This document shows positions 10,194-20,495 of a DNA stretch of 64,000 bases, piece after piece. The notes under the pieces were generated by a model. The model saw only the letters and a list, made by a program, of their open reading frames with translations. It ran no database searches and had not been told where the DNA came from. The DNA comes from an uncultured Bdellovibrionales bacterium (lineage in GTDB: Bacteria > Patescibacteriota > Minisyncoccia > Moranbacterales > UBA1568): contig CAZQLN010000004.1 in NCBI GenBank assembly GCA_964594215.1, positions 862 to 64,861 of the forward strand. The letters are read 5' to 3'. The translations under genes and the position numbers were made by a program. Position 1 is the first letter of the stretch, and the number at the start of each line of letters is the position of its first letter.

Positions 10194-10277
10194 GCCGAGG
10201 TGGTGGAATGGTAGACACACGGGACTCAAAATCCCGCGATAGCAATATCATGAGGGTTCAAGTCCCTCCCTCGGCAC
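10194..10277 (+). tRNA. tRNA-Leu (anticodon CAA), type II with long variable arm
   Basis: Acceptor GCCGAGG/CCTCGGC. Anticodon stem CGGGA/TCCCG with loop CUCAAAA. T-arm GAGGG-TTCAAGT-CCCTC. Discriminator A. No encoded CCA. Confidence 0.7.
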
Positions 10278-10310
10278 AATATTAAAAATAGCGCTTCTAG
10301 ATCGTTATTT

Positions 10311-11273
10311 TTATTGGAAAAAATCCTCAATCTTTTTGCCTTGATTCTTTGGTTGTGCCTCCCATTGCTTTTGCATAAAAGCCCAGTATGCTGGAGTATA
10401 TTTTTTAAAAGCCTCTACAAAAAACTTCCACATAACCCGGGCTGTTTCCTGTGGATCTTCATTGTTTAAAATAGCTACTAACTGACTACTCATCTTATCG
10501 AGAGTAGAATTGTTTATATTGTGATTTACAAATAAAGCACCGTTAAAGCTGTTCACCCCTCTTCTCTCGGAAGTAAAAGGGTTATGGGAAAGATCATGTG
10601 GATGATTACCATTTATATAACACCTATACACAGCAAAGGATTGTACTCTGCCCTCTATCTCTCGTTTTAGAGAACCTGGTTTTAAAATATCCACACGATT
10701 AGGCTCAAGAATATTTACTTTCTTTTCGGTCACGGCACTTACATACTCTTCCTCAGAAGCGAGAGGGTACTCATAGATTATAGGGTCGAGTTTGGCATTA
10801 TTCCCAATGGCTTCTAATTTTCCCACTTTCTGATCAAGCATATAACCGAATTGCCCCATTCCTGCTCCTGTGCCATAAAGATTGCCATTAGCCGAAACTC
10901 CAAAGATGAATCCTGGATTTGATGAAGCCAATGTAAGTAACTCTTGCGCTACTCTTGCCTCTTGTTCTTCCTTGCTTACTATCGCCTCTTTCTTTACTGG
11001 TAACTCTTGTTGTACCGCCTTTTCTTGGCCTAACTCTTCATCTATTCGATCAGCTTTAATCGTCTGGTGCTTTTCTGCATGAGCATTCACTTTTCCCTCA
11101 GATTCTCTGGAATGCGCAATACGTTCTGCATCCTGATAAAGAGTTGTTTCTCTTGCTAATGCGACAAATTGCTGAGCCTTTTTCCTTCCCTCTGGTTCTT
11201 GAGCACGAAGATCGCCAAGTGAAGCAGCTAAGCCATCACGATATGTTTTCGCACCAAATTTCTCCATATTCAT
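10311..11273 (-). CDS. Hypothetical protein
   Basis: 320-aa ORF. No family recognised. Confidence 0.4.
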   Translation of the reverse strand: MNMEKFGAKTYRDGLAASLGDLRAQEPEGRKKAQQFVALARETTLYQDAERIAHSRESEGKVNAHAEKHQTIKADRIDEELGQEKAVQQELPVKKEAIVSKEEQEARVAQELLTLASSNPGFIFGVSANGNLYGTGAGMGQFGYMLDQKVGKLEAIGNNAKLDPIIYEYPLASEEEYVSAVTEKKVNILEPNRVDILKPGSLKREIEGRVQSFAVYRCYINGNHPHDLSHNPFTSERRGVNSFNGALFVNHNINNSTLDKMSSQLVAILNNEDPQETARVMWKFFVEAFKKYTPAYWAFMQKQWEAQPKNQGKKIEDFFQ

Positions 11274-11320
11274 ATCGGTAGTCTTTTAATACATTACTCT
11301 CACCTAAAAAATAACATGGG

Positions 11321-12238
11321 TTACACCCTCTTCAAAGTAGCTTCTGTCACCCGAGCCAAAAGCACGGCAACGGTTACGGGACCAACACCACCCGGTACAG
11401 TAGTCACCCAAATATCTTCACGATACACCCCGTCATCACGAGCAATATCTCCTATTACTCTGCCCTTGTCATCATAACTAATGCCACCATCAATGATTAC
11501 TGCACCCTCCTTACAATCAAAAGTAGAAAGTGAGCTCGCATCTCCACTGGCTGAAAGAATGACGTCAAATTCTTTAATAAAGTTTTGAATCCTTTCACTT
11601 TCTTGTTTCAAAACATACCTTGAATCCAGTCCTTCATCTTGAAGCGCCTTCTCCAAAACCTCGCCCATCAAAGCAGAGTTCACAAGAGCAATGCCTGTCT
11701 TACGAGAAAGTTTTGGAGCTGAGCGTACAAGCTCTAACATGGCCCGTGGAAATACTGGCAGGCGCTCTTTATCACCTTCCAAAAACTTTTTAATAGTCTC
11801 TGGATGAAACCCGTCGGTGTCTTTTTGTGGCTCTATAGAGCCAATAATTTTGTCAGTATTCAAGTGATTAGGCAATGGTAGCTGAACGATAATACCGTGA
11901 ATATCGGTCGCACTATTCCACTCCCTGATGATAGAGATTATCTCATCCTCTTGTGTATCAGAAGTAAAAACTTTTTTATAAAAATGAATTCCGAGCTCTC
12001 TAGCACGCTTCTCTTTGATACCAACATACAACTGTGAGGGTGCATCATCACCAACCAGTATCACTCCTAATCCAGGAGTAAGTTGTTCTGTTTGAATACA
12101 CTCTTTTGTAGTATCAAGAATTTTTTTAGCTACCTGAACACCAGAAAGTAACATGCTCTTAGAGAATAAAAAGTAAGAAAAGAATACCAACCAAAATACG
12201 ATAATACCCAAAAGAAACAAACGTATGAGTCTGCACAA
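11321..12238 (-). CDS. folD: Bifunctional methylenetetrahydrofolate dehydrogenase/cyclohydrolase. The true start is probably the internal Met (MLLSGVQVAKKI) near 12155.
   Basis: Motifs GVILVGDDAPSQLYV and GGVGPVTVAVLL. The annotated N-terminal extension overlaps uppP. Confidence 0.8.
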   Translation of the reverse strand: MCRLIRLFLLGIIVFWLVFFSYFLFSKSMLLSGVQVAKKILDTTKECIQTEQLTPGLGVILVGDDAPSQLYVGIKEKRARELGIHFYKKVFTSDTQEDEIISIIREWNSATDIHGIIVQLPLPNHLNTDKIIGSIEPQKDTDGFHPETIKKFLEGDKERLPVFPRAMLELVRSAPKLSRKTGIALVNSALMGEVLEKALQDEGLDSRYVLKQESERIQNFIKEFDVILSASGDASSLSTFDCKEGAVIIDGGISYDDKGRVIGDIARDDGVYREDIWVTTVPGGVGPVTVAVLLARVTEATLKRV

Positions 12239-12926
12239 ACTGGATAAAGAACTTCATGGCGACCAGGGCTACTAAATAAGCTGTAACAAAACCAAGAAGG
12301 AGCATGCTTCCATCAGCACTTCCCAATGCCCCGCTACTTTCATATAAATCTTTAGCAGTAGCCGCTATCATAGTTGGCACCGCTAAGAGAAATGAGAATT
12401 CTACAATCACACTCCGTTCCATACCGATAACAAGCCCCCCGAGGATAGTAGCTCCCGCTCGAGACACCCCTGGAACAACCGCTAAAGCCTGGAAAATACC
12501 GATAGTAAAGGCTCTTTTATAAGTAATCTGATCAAGTGACGTAATCGTTTTGGTTTTTTTATCCTGAAAATACTCAATCCCTAAAATCGCTAAACCTCCT
12601 AAAATCAATGCCCAAGCTACCACCTCTGGTGCCGCAAAGAGAGACTTGATAAACGGGTAAAAGAACGCCCCTATCACAATAGCAGGTAACACACCTACAA
12701 TCAGTTTTTTATTCATGTCCCAATCAAGAAGAAAGCGTTTGAAGTATAATGTTACGACAGCTAGGATAGCTCCCAACTGAATTACTACTTCAAATGTTGA
12801 AAGAAAGTCTGTATACGAGAGACCTAATAACTTTGAGGCGAGAATAAGATGCCCCGTTGAAGATACTGGCAAAAACTCTGTCAGCCCTTCTACCACTCCA
12901 AGAATAATCGCATCGAGAAAATTCAT
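12159..12926 (-). CDS. uppP: Undecaprenyl-diphosphatase
   Basis: EGLTEFLPVSSTGHLIL signature. Multi-TM. Confidence 0.8.
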   Translation of the reverse strand: MNFLDAIILGVVEGLTEFLPVSSTGHLILASKLLGLSYTDFLSTFEVVIQLGAILAVVTLYFKRFLLDWDMNKKLIVGVLPAIVIGAFFYPFIKSLFAAPEVVAWALILGGLAILGIEYFQDKKTKTITSLDQITYKRAFTIGIFQALAVVPGVSRAGATILGGLVIGMERSVIVEFSFLLAVPTMIAATAKDLYESSGALGSADGSMLLLGFVTAYLVALVAMKFFIQFVQTHTFVSFGYYRILVGILFLLFIL

Positions 12927-12935
12927 AGCCTATGA

Positions 12936-13676
12936 CTAAAAAAGAGCCCCAGGTAATTTATCAAGTGTCAAAACAGGCGCATGCTCTGTCTTAGCTGACT
13001 CAAGAAGTGCCTTGTTACCGTGGAGTTCGTGAATAGTATCCCAATTACGCAGTTCCGGGTATCGTTTGAGGATTTCTTCTAAGATCTCAACAGTCACCCG
13101 TACATCAGCCGCTCCTGAGTGAGCATTAACATGCTCCTTACCACAATAGAGTTTATACGCCGCTGTCAGATTGCGTGGCTTGAACATATCTCGAGGCTCT
13201 TTGGAGTGATAGAGGATTTTGGCATCAAGAATTTTCTTCTGACTAAAGTCAAAAGTCTTACCGACACTAGCAAAAGTATTCCGAAGAAATGGAAGATCAA
13301 AACCAGTTATATTAAATCCCCCAACATCAGCTCCATCGAAAGTGTTCCAGAGGCCAAAAGCGAGGGTGGCAAAGCTGGGACAGTCAGCCACATCAGCATC
13401 ACTGATACCATTGATTTTGGTAGCCACTTCAGGAATAGGCATGCCTGGATTTATGCGCAAAACCTCAGCGATTATTTCACCGTTGGGCATGATTTTCTCA
13501 TAGGCAATCTCGAGAATCTTATCCTCTACAGTAGAGAGTCCGGTCGTTTCAAGGTCAAAGACAATCAAAGGTCGCTCAAGCGGTAAAAAGTCAGTGATAG
13601 TTGTTCTCATACTGGGAAATATCAAGTATAAAGTATTGAATATTAAGCAAAAAGCAAAGAGCCACTCCTTGCTCAT
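12936..13676 (-). CDS. DEDDh 3'-5' exonuclease (DnaQ/epsilon-like). The probable start is the internal Met (MRTTITDF).
   Basis: Exo I motif FDLETTGL. C-terminal H-x-A-x-x-D motif. Confidence 0.6.
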   Translation of the reverse strand: MSKEWLFAFCLIFNTLYLIFPSMRTTITDFLPLERPLIVFDLETTGLSTVEDKILEIAYEKIMPNGEIIAEVLRINPGMPIPEVATKINGISDADVADCPSFATLAFGLWNTFDGADVGGFNITGFDLPFLRNTFASVGKTFDFSQKKILDAKILYHSKEPRDMFKPRNLTAAYKLYCGKEHVNAHSGAADVRVTVEILEEILKRYPELRNWDTIHELHGNKALLESAKTEHAPVLTLDKLPGALF

Positions 13677-13761
13677 ACTTATCTATAATACCGTATCCCC
13701 TGCTGGCTGTATATATTTTTGCCTTCCAAAAACCATCACTCTCACTAAGAAGTCAGATGCC

Positions 13762-14247
13762 TTAGCTGCTTATTAAAGACTTCATTTCGACTTCGTTTTC
13801 GGTATCAAAACAATGGAGTTGACTTAGATTAGATGAGAACCTGGCCATACTATCTTGATTATCTTTGAGGTTGCCATAAGATGCAAAGAGATCACTCACT
13901 CGAGAAACAAAATCTATAAGCTTGGCATCGTAAGATCCAGAGAGTACATTTCTCTCATTCACATCTTCCAAAGCATCGATGCCTTGCTGTAATTTTGCAA
14001 AATGTTCAAATAATTCATTATTTACTAAAATGCTCGCCAAAAAATCTTCAGCCCGCTGTTGTGGGTGCTTAAAATGCTTCATATAGGCATCTGAAAGTCC
14101 AATCAATGTATCCTGCGTACTTAACTCTTCATAAAATGTATTAAAGGGGGCCGCTACATCTAAATTGGCTAGCTCTTTATTGATTTCATTGAACGCTTCT
14201 GATTTTCGATATTTTTCTGACGTGGGTCTATCAAAGCTAAATTTCAT
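13762..14247 (-). CDS. Hypothetical protein
   Basis: 161-aa ORF. No family recognised. Confidence 0.35.
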   Translation of the reverse strand: MKFSFDRPTSEKYRKSEAFNEINKELANLDVAAPFNTFYEELSTQDTLIGLSDAYMKHFKHPQQRAEDFLASILVNNELFEHFAKLQQGIDALEDVNERNVLSGSYDAKLIDFVSRVSDLFASYGNLKDNQDSMARFSSNLSQLHCFDTENEVEMKSLISS

Positions 14248-14304
14248 AAGTATTACTCTAATATTTACTTAATTGAATTATAGCAGATTTTAAGAAAAAG
14301 GCTT

Positions 14305-16134
14305 TTATTCAACAGTTACTGACTTCGCCAAATTACGTGGTTTATCGACATCATAGCCTAGCTCTACACTCATGTAGTAAGCAAAGAGCTGGAGTGGGAT
14401 GATAGAGAGGAGTGGCGTCAGCATCTCGATGGTTTTTGGTATGTAAATCACAGCATCAGCCTTCTTAGCTACGCCTGTATTCCCCTTGGTCGTAATAGCT
14501 AGCACCGCTCCACCACGAGCCTTGATTTCTTCAAGTCCCGAAAGGTTTTTCTCATACACGCTATCCTCAGGCACCACTACCACCGAAAGAGAACCTTTGT
14601 CTACTAGAGCTATGGGGCCATGCTTCATCTCACCAGTGGCGTAGCCCTCGGCAGAGACATAGGCAATTTCTTTGATCTTGAGCGCTCCCTCGAAAGCAAT
14701 GGGGAAGTTGTACTTACGTCCCAGAAAAAGATAGTTCTTACGGCCTTTGAATTTCTTGGCTAATTTCTTCATTTCCTTACTCGTCTCAAGTACCTGCTCC
14801 ATCAGTTTCGGCAGCTGCTCAAGAGCGCGTGCAATCTTCTTGCCATCGGTGAACGAGAGACCCCTTCTCCGTCCCAAAAACAGGGTCAGGAGAGCAAGAA
14901 CCCCTAGTTGTGAGGTGAATGCCTTAGTCGAGGCTACACTGACCTCACGGCCCGCATGATTGTATATGCCCGCGTGGGTTTCTCGAGCGATAGTAGAACC
15001 CACTGTATTCACGATTCCAAGAACTAACGCCCCTTGACGTTTGGCTTCTCGCAACGCCGCGAGAGTATCAGCTGTCTCGCCCGATTGGGAAATGGCTATC
15101 ACAGCTGTATATTTATCAATCAATAGTTTACGATAACGAAATTCCGAGGCAAATTCTACTTCTGCGGGGATCAAGGCAAATTCTTCCAACATATACTCAC
15201 CCACCAAACTCGCATGGTACGATGTGCCGCAAGATACCAGAATAATTTTCTTAATACTCTGTAGACGCTTCTCCACTTCACGCAACCCCCCTAGTCTTGC
15301 CGTACCTTCAGTGGTTATAAGTCTCCCTCGCATAGCATCTTCGAGTGCTCGCGGTTGTTCATGAATCTCCTTGAGCATGAAGTGTGGGTAGCCATCACGT
15401 TTCGCCTCAGTCTCTGACCATTCTACATCTATCACTTCTTTTTGATTGATTTTACCTCCCCTATGAACGGTATAACCATTTAGAGTCAATACAGCGTATT
15501 CACCATCATCGAGATAGACTACTTTTCTCGTATGTGGAAGAAGTGGAGAAACATCAGAGGCCACAAACCACTCATCTTTACCGACACCAATCACTAATGG
15601 ACTCCCCATGCGTGCAATCAGAATCTTATCTGGCTCTGACTGTCTCAACACAGCAATCCCGTAAGTACCTTTCAGTTTTTTGAGAACATTCCGAAAAGCT
15701 TCCTCAAAAGTTTTTCCTTCATCAAGGGCTGCTCGAAGTAGATGCACAATGACCTCACTATCTGTCTCAGAACGAAAAATGACTTTTTTTCTCTTGAGCT
15801 CATTACGAAGTTCTCCGTAATTTTCAATAATCCCATTGTGGACCAGGGCAATTTCCTTCGTGCTATCAGTATGGGGGTGAGCGTTTTTCTCGCTCGGCTT
15901 TCCATGAGTGGCCCAACGAGTATGGGCGATACCGACATTGCCGACTACACTTACTTTCTCCAGCTTTTCTTCCAGATTGGCTACTTTACCCACGGCTTTG
16001 ACTACACGGACCTTACCCGCTCCCAACACAGCCATACCAGCACTATCATAGCCACGATACTCGAGCCGTTTCAATCCTTCTAATAGTAAATCTTTGGCTT
16101 CCCGCTTCCCTATATAGCCGATGATACCGCACAT
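14305..16134 (-). CDS. glmS: Glutamine--fructose-6-phosphate aminotransferase
   Basis: N-terminal MCGIIGY (Ntn Cys) and two SIS domains. 609 aa. Confidence 0.9.
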   Translation of the reverse strand: MCGIIGYIGKREAKDLLLEGLKRLEYRGYDSAGMAVLGAGKVRVVKAVGKVANLEEKLEKVSVVGNVGIAHTRWATHGKPSEKNAHPHTDSTKEIALVHNGIIENYGELRNELKRKKVIFRSETDSEVIVHLLRAALDEGKTFEEAFRNVLKKLKGTYGIAVLRQSEPDKILIARMGSPLVIGVGKDEWFVASDVSPLLPHTRKVVYLDDGEYAVLTLNGYTVHRGGKINQKEVIDVEWSETEAKRDGYPHFMLKEIHEQPRALEDAMRGRLITTEGTARLGGLREVEKRLQSIKKIILVSCGTSYHASLVGEYMLEEFALIPAEVEFASEFRYRKLLIDKYTAVIAISQSGETADTLAALREAKRQGALVLGIVNTVGSTIARETHAGIYNHAGREVSVASTKAFTSQLGVLALLTLFLGRRRGLSFTDGKKIARALEQLPKLMEQVLETSKEMKKLAKKFKGRKNYLFLGRKYNFPIAFEGALKIKEIAYVSAEGYATGEMKHGPIALVDKGSLSVVVVPEDSVYEKNLSGLEEIKARGGAVLAITTKGNTGVAKKADAVIYIPKTIEMLTPLLSIIPLQLFAYYMSVELGYDVDKPRNLAKSVTVE

Positions 16135-16144
16135 AGAAATTATT

Positions 16145-16774
16145 TTAGTGACTAAAGGTAAGCAGCTCGTTTAAGCTCTGGATCTCGTGGCGAGCCCCAC
16201 AGTTTCGAGAACACTGACGACCAAGCTCTGGTCGATTCATATGAAATGTTAGCACACTGCCATTATCCTGGAGAGTTCTCATGTACTCAGAACGATCATC
16301 AATAAACCAGACTGTTTCTCCGAGTTTTTTGGCCTCTTCTTGTAGAAGTCTAGCTTTATCGCTAGCGATAATAATTACTTCATCGAACAAATGACTGATC
16401 CCACTCGCGATAATTTTTTGTTTTTGAAATTGCTGATGACCGAAAGTAAGGAGAATGAAATAGGCGCCACGCTGCTTAAGCTCGATCAAAAATTTCCTAA
16501 CATCAGCAAAAATGAAACTCCTCTTTTCTCTCAGGATATTCTCTATTGTTATGAGAGCTTCTTCTATATCAGTTTCTCGCCAACCAAGAATCTCCATTTG
16601 CCGTCTAGGTGTAAACAACTCTCCTTCAAGTAGGGTACCGTTGGTAAAAAATGTATAGCTTTTTTCAATTTCTCTTTCCGTGCTGCCATAAGCAAGCAAT
16701 AGTGGTTTGTAGTACTCCTGGTAAAAAGTCTGTGTCGCTAATAATGTATTATCAAGATCCAAATAGACGTGCAT
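16145..16774 (-). CDS. HAD-superfamily hydrolase. The start is taken at MHVYLDLDNTLL. The ORF-track extension to 16849 overlaps the upstream gene.
   Basis: DxDxT motif DLDNT at the N-terminus. Confidence 0.55.
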   Translation of the reverse strand: MHVYLDLDNTLLATQTFYQEYYKPLLLAYGSTEREIEKSYTFFTNGTLLEGELFTPRRQMEILGWRETDIEEALITIENILREKRSFIFADVRKFLIELKQRGAYFILLTFGHQQFQKQKIIASGISHLFDEVIIIASDKARLLQEEAKKLGETVWFIDDRSEYMRTLQDNGSVLTFHMNRPELGRQCSRNCGARHEIQSLNELLTFSH

Positions 16775-16779
16775 ATATT

Positions 16780-17472
16780 CTAGAGAAAATACTGCTGAAT
16801 AAAAGCTTCTGCTTTGGGAATATCCTCTGGACAACCCACCGATTGCCATGCCCGAACCTTTTTGACAGCCACTGGTATATCTTTGGCCATGACTACTACG
16901 GTTTGTGGTAACCCGAATTCTTTCTCAGTGATTTGTACGAGCGGGTACGAGAAAAATGATTGTGGCAAAACATAGGCTCCTACACAGACATCTCCTGTCT
17001 GTCTTTCGTGTGGACGCTCTATAACTGACATTAATTTCCCACTTCTATCAATTCCCAAAAGACCAAATGGTTGAGCATTCTCTACATACAAGCCTCCGAT
17101 AGCCCCTTCACCGCTAGGTGTTGCTAAAAACTCTCTAAGATCTAGCGGATGATACAGATCATCTCCCATTGTAACCAACACCGACCCCTGCACATAGGGA
17201 GCCACTAATTGCATTGCTCCACCAGAACCATTCAACACCTCTTGAGTTATATACGTAATTTTTCTTCCTTGCCATTCAGTGCCGAAATACTCTCTAATCT
17301 GTTCTTGAAGATAGCCTACTACCAAAATCACCTCATCTACCTCATCTGGCAGCGTCTCCAAACGCCACTCAAGAAGTGGCTTATTAAGAAGTCTTACCAT
17401 GGGCTTCGGGCAATCATGACAAAGCTCACGCATCCGTGTTCCTAGTCCAGCCGCGAGTATTACTGCTTGCAT
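16780..17472 (-). CDS. Sugar-phosphate nucleotidyltransferase
   Basis: MQAVILAAGLGTRM signature. Confidence 0.6.
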   Translation of the reverse strand: MQAVILAAGLGTRMRELCHDCPKPMVRLLNKPLLEWRLETLPDEVDEVILVVGYLQEQIREYFGTEWQGRKITYITQEVLNGSGGAMQLVAPYVQGSVLVTMGDDLYHPLDLREFLATPSGEGAIGGLYVENAQPFGLLGIDRSGKLMSVIERPHERQTGDVCVGAYVLPQSFFSYPLVQITEKEFGLPQTVVVMAKDIPVAVKKVRAWQSVGCPEDIPKAEAFIQQYFL

Positions 17473-17475
17473 AAG

Positions 17476-20424
17476 CTACGAGACAACAATACTAATCAGT
17501 TTATTGGGTACCACAATAACTTTCCTGACTGTTTGGCTACCAATAGTTTCTTGCACTTTTTCTCTTGCAAGAGCAAGTTTTTCCACTTCTTCATTTGAAA
17601 GATCAAGTGCACCCTGGAATTGATCACGAATTTTACCATTAATCTGTACCATCAGTGTCACCTCTGCTACCACTACCTTGCTCGGATCAAAAACAGGCCA
17701 AGTCATCTCAAAAAGAGTTCCTTCTCCATCATTTTTTTGCCAAAGCTCTTCAGTAATATGCGGAGCATAGGGAGCTAAGATTCGTAGAAAAAGTTTCAGC
17801 TGTTCCCGAGTTAAGCCATTTTTTTCGATTATATTCACTGCTCCCATAAGCGCCGCTACTCCAGTATTCATCTTAAGAAGACTAATACTTTCCTCTACCT
17901 TGGCTATGGTTTGATGTAGGATTCTTTCTGTCTCATTTTTTTTATCATCAGAAAGTCCCTCATCTACCTTAAAGTGAAGTTTCCATACTCGATCAAGAAA
18001 ACGTCTCACTCCCACAATACTCTCTGGATTCCATGGGTAAGCCCCCACTTCATTATACGGACCAATGAAAGCCAGGTAGACACGAATGGTGTCCGCACCT
18101 AATTCCGCAACCAGTTCATCTGGATCAATCACATTTCCTTTAGATTTGCTCATCTTATTGCCGTCTGGCCCAAGAATAAGACTGCGGTTCATACGCCTGG
18201 TATAGGGCTCCACCTCATTAACGAGCCCTAAATCATAAAGTGCCTTATGAAAAAAACGTGAGTACAGTAAGTGCATAGTGGTATGTTCTGCTCCACCACT
18301 ATACAAATCTACCGGCATCCAGGCAGCTAGTTTGTTTTTATCAGCAAATACTTCTCTATTTGATGGATCACAATAACGCAAGAAATACCAACTACTATCC
18401 ACAAAAGTATCTAGGGTGTCTGTCTCACGACGAGCCGATTTACCACATTTTGGACATACTGTGTTTACAAAATCCTTGTTCTTAGAAAGCGGGCTCTCGC
18501 CGTTGTCATTAGGAAGATAGTCCCTTACGGCCGGTAGTTCTATCGGTAAGTCTTCGTCTGCTACCGGTTGCCAACCACACTTTTCACAGTGAATAAGCGG
18601 GATCGGACAGCCCCAATAACGCTGACGACTCACACCCCAGTCACGAAGACGGTAAGTCTTTGTCATCCTACCATGTACTTTTTCGATAATCTTTCCTTTG
18701 GCGTCATTGCCTGACAGTCCATCAAATTCACCAGACTGTACCAAAATACCGTCTGCACTTACAAGAGCACTCTCCTCTTGTCGCTCAAATAATTCTATGG
18801 CCCATTTAGCCTCTGCTACAGTAAAATAATTCTTGACCGCACTCTTCTCAACCCATACTAGTTCATGTTGAGCACTATCCTCTTCACTGATAGCTATCTG
18901 TTCATCATCAATAAGTTCAAAAAAGGCAAAGCTCCACAAAGCATGGCGGTTAATTTTCTTACCCCGATGATAGAATTTGGTATGTTTCTGGATATTGGGT
19001 GTACCAATAAATTTCACGTTCTTATAGCCCGTTTCTTCGAGGAGCTCCCTCCGCGCTGATTGCTCGATACTCTCACCTTCATCTATACCTCCAGTCACTA
19101 CCCCACGCATATCAAAATTTTTCCAAGATATTGCTAAGTAAGAATCCCGCTTTGGATCATAGAGTGCGATAGCTACATTATTTCTAGCCTCTGTCTTTTC
19201 TTCGGGTCGATAAGCATCATCACGGTTACCTTCCGTCACCACACACTCTTCAATCACCTTCTTAATCGGCAGACTAAACTTCTTAGCAAAAGCGAAGTCG
19301 CGCTCATCATGACCCGGTACCGCCATGATAGCTCCAGTACCATAGCCAGCTAATACATAATCAGCCACGTATAGAGGGATTTCTTCTCCCGTTGCCGGGT
19401 TAATAGCTACTACTCCGCCAAGCAGTACTCCCGTCTTTTCTTTAGCGGTATTAGTACGCTCTATCTCAGTTTTCTTCTTAGCGGCCTCTACGTAAGCTCT
19501 CACTTCCTCTTTATTAGAAAGAACATCATGATCATCCTGCAAAGCCAGAGTTACCCAAAGATGTTCAGGCGCCAAAACCATATAGGTTACCCCATAGAGA
19601 GTGTCTGGTCGCGTAGTAAAAACCGTTAACTGTGCTCGTTCACCATCTGGTCCACGGTTATCATTAGCCTCTACATTATGGGTAAAGCGAAGAAGGAAAT
19701 CTATCTCCGCCCCATCACTTCGGCCTATCCAATTTTTCTGAGCAGTCTTGATTTCTTCAGGCCAATCAAGCCCCTTCAGATCATCTATTAACCTATCAGC
19801 ATAGGCCGTAATTCGTAGTTGCCATTGCTTCATAGTTTTCTTCTCGATCTGAGCCCCACAACGCTCACAAGTGCCATTGATAACCTGTTCATTAGCCAAA
19901 ACTGTTTTGTCAGTCGGACACCAATTGGCAAGGGTTTCTCGCTCCTCGACTAATCCTGCTCTAAAAAGCTGAATAAACAACCACTGAGTCCATCGGTAGT
20001 ATTGGGGATCACAGGTTGCTATGGCACGAGACCAATCAAATATAGCTCCCATAGACTGAAGCTGGGTTTTCATATAGTCCATGTTTTGGTAGGTCCACAC
20101 TCGTGGATCTAAACCTCGCTTGATAGCGGCATTTTCAGCAGGAAGACCAAAGGCATCGAAACCAATGGGATAGAGGACATTCTTACCACGCATTCGCTCA
20201 AAGCGAGCTCGTATGTCGGGCACTGCAAAAGCGTACCAGTGACCAACGTGTAAGTTGCCTGATGGATAGGCAAATTCTACCAACTGATAGAAATTCTCTT
20301 TTCCTTCTACAGTATCTAAAACGACATGCAGGTTGCGCTCAGCCCACAAAGCCTGCCATTTTGGTTCAATAATTTCTGGTTGGTAGAGGTTTTCCATAAA
20401 CAGAGTACCTCTACTATATGCCAA
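17476..20424 (-). CDS. leuS: Leucyl-tRNA synthetase with an inserted NUDIX-like domain. The probable start is MENLYQ, nine codons in.
   Basis: HVGH, editing-domain motifs, YRLRDWGVSRQRYWG, KMSKS. NUDIX box GGIDEGESIEQSARRELLEETGY at about aa 444-466. Confidence 0.9.
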   Translation of the reverse strand: MAYSRGTLFMENLYQPEIIEPKWQALWAERNLHVVLDTVEGKENFYQLVEFAYPSGNLHVGHWYAFAVPDIRARFERMRGKNVLYPIGFDAFGLPAENAAIKRGLDPRVWTYQNMDYMKTQLQSMGAIFDWSRAIATCDPQYYRWTQWLFIQLFRAGLVEERETLANWCPTDKTVLANEQVINGTCERCGAQIEKKTMKQWQLRITAYADRLIDDLKGLDWPEEIKTAQKNWIGRSDGAEIDFLLRFTHNVEANDNRGPDGERAQLTVFTTRPDTLYGVTYMVLAPEHLWVTLALQDDHDVLSNKEEVRAYVEAAKKKTEIERTNTAKEKTGVLLGGVVAINPATGEEIPLYVADYVLAGYGTGAIMAVPGHDERDFAFAKKFSLPIKKVIEECVVTEGNRDDAYRPEEKTEARNNVAIALYDPKRDSYLAISWKNFDMRGVVTGGIDEGESIEQSARRELLEETGYKNVKFIGTPNIQKHTKFYHRGKKINRHALWSFAFFELIDDEQIAISEEDSAQHELVWVEKSAVKNYFTVAEAKWAIELFERQEESALVSADGILVQSGEFDGLSGNDAKGKIIEKVHGRMTKTYRLRDWGVSRQRYWGCPIPLIHCEKCGWQPVADEDLPIELPAVRDYLPNDNGESPLSKNKDFVNTVCPKCGKSARRETDTLDTFVDSSWYFLRYCDPSNREVFADKNKLAAWMPVDLYSGGAEHTTMHLLYSRFFHKALYDLGLVNEVEPYTRRMNRSLILGPDGNKMSKSKGNVIDPDELVAELGADTIRVYLAFIGPYNEVGAYPWNPESIVGVRRFLDRVWKLHFKVDEGLSDDKKNETERILHQTIAKVEESISLLKMNTGVAALMGAVNIIEKNGLTREQLKLFLRILAPYAPHITEELWQKNDGEGTLFEMTWPVFDPSKVVVAEVTLMVQINGKIRDQFQGALDLSNEEVEKLALAREKVQETIGSQTVRKVIVVPNKLISIVVS

Positions 20425-20495
20425 TTTAAGCCAATAATCAAGAATCCCACAGCTTTTCAGAGAAAAAGCGTGGGATGAAATTTAGTCTATAATTC

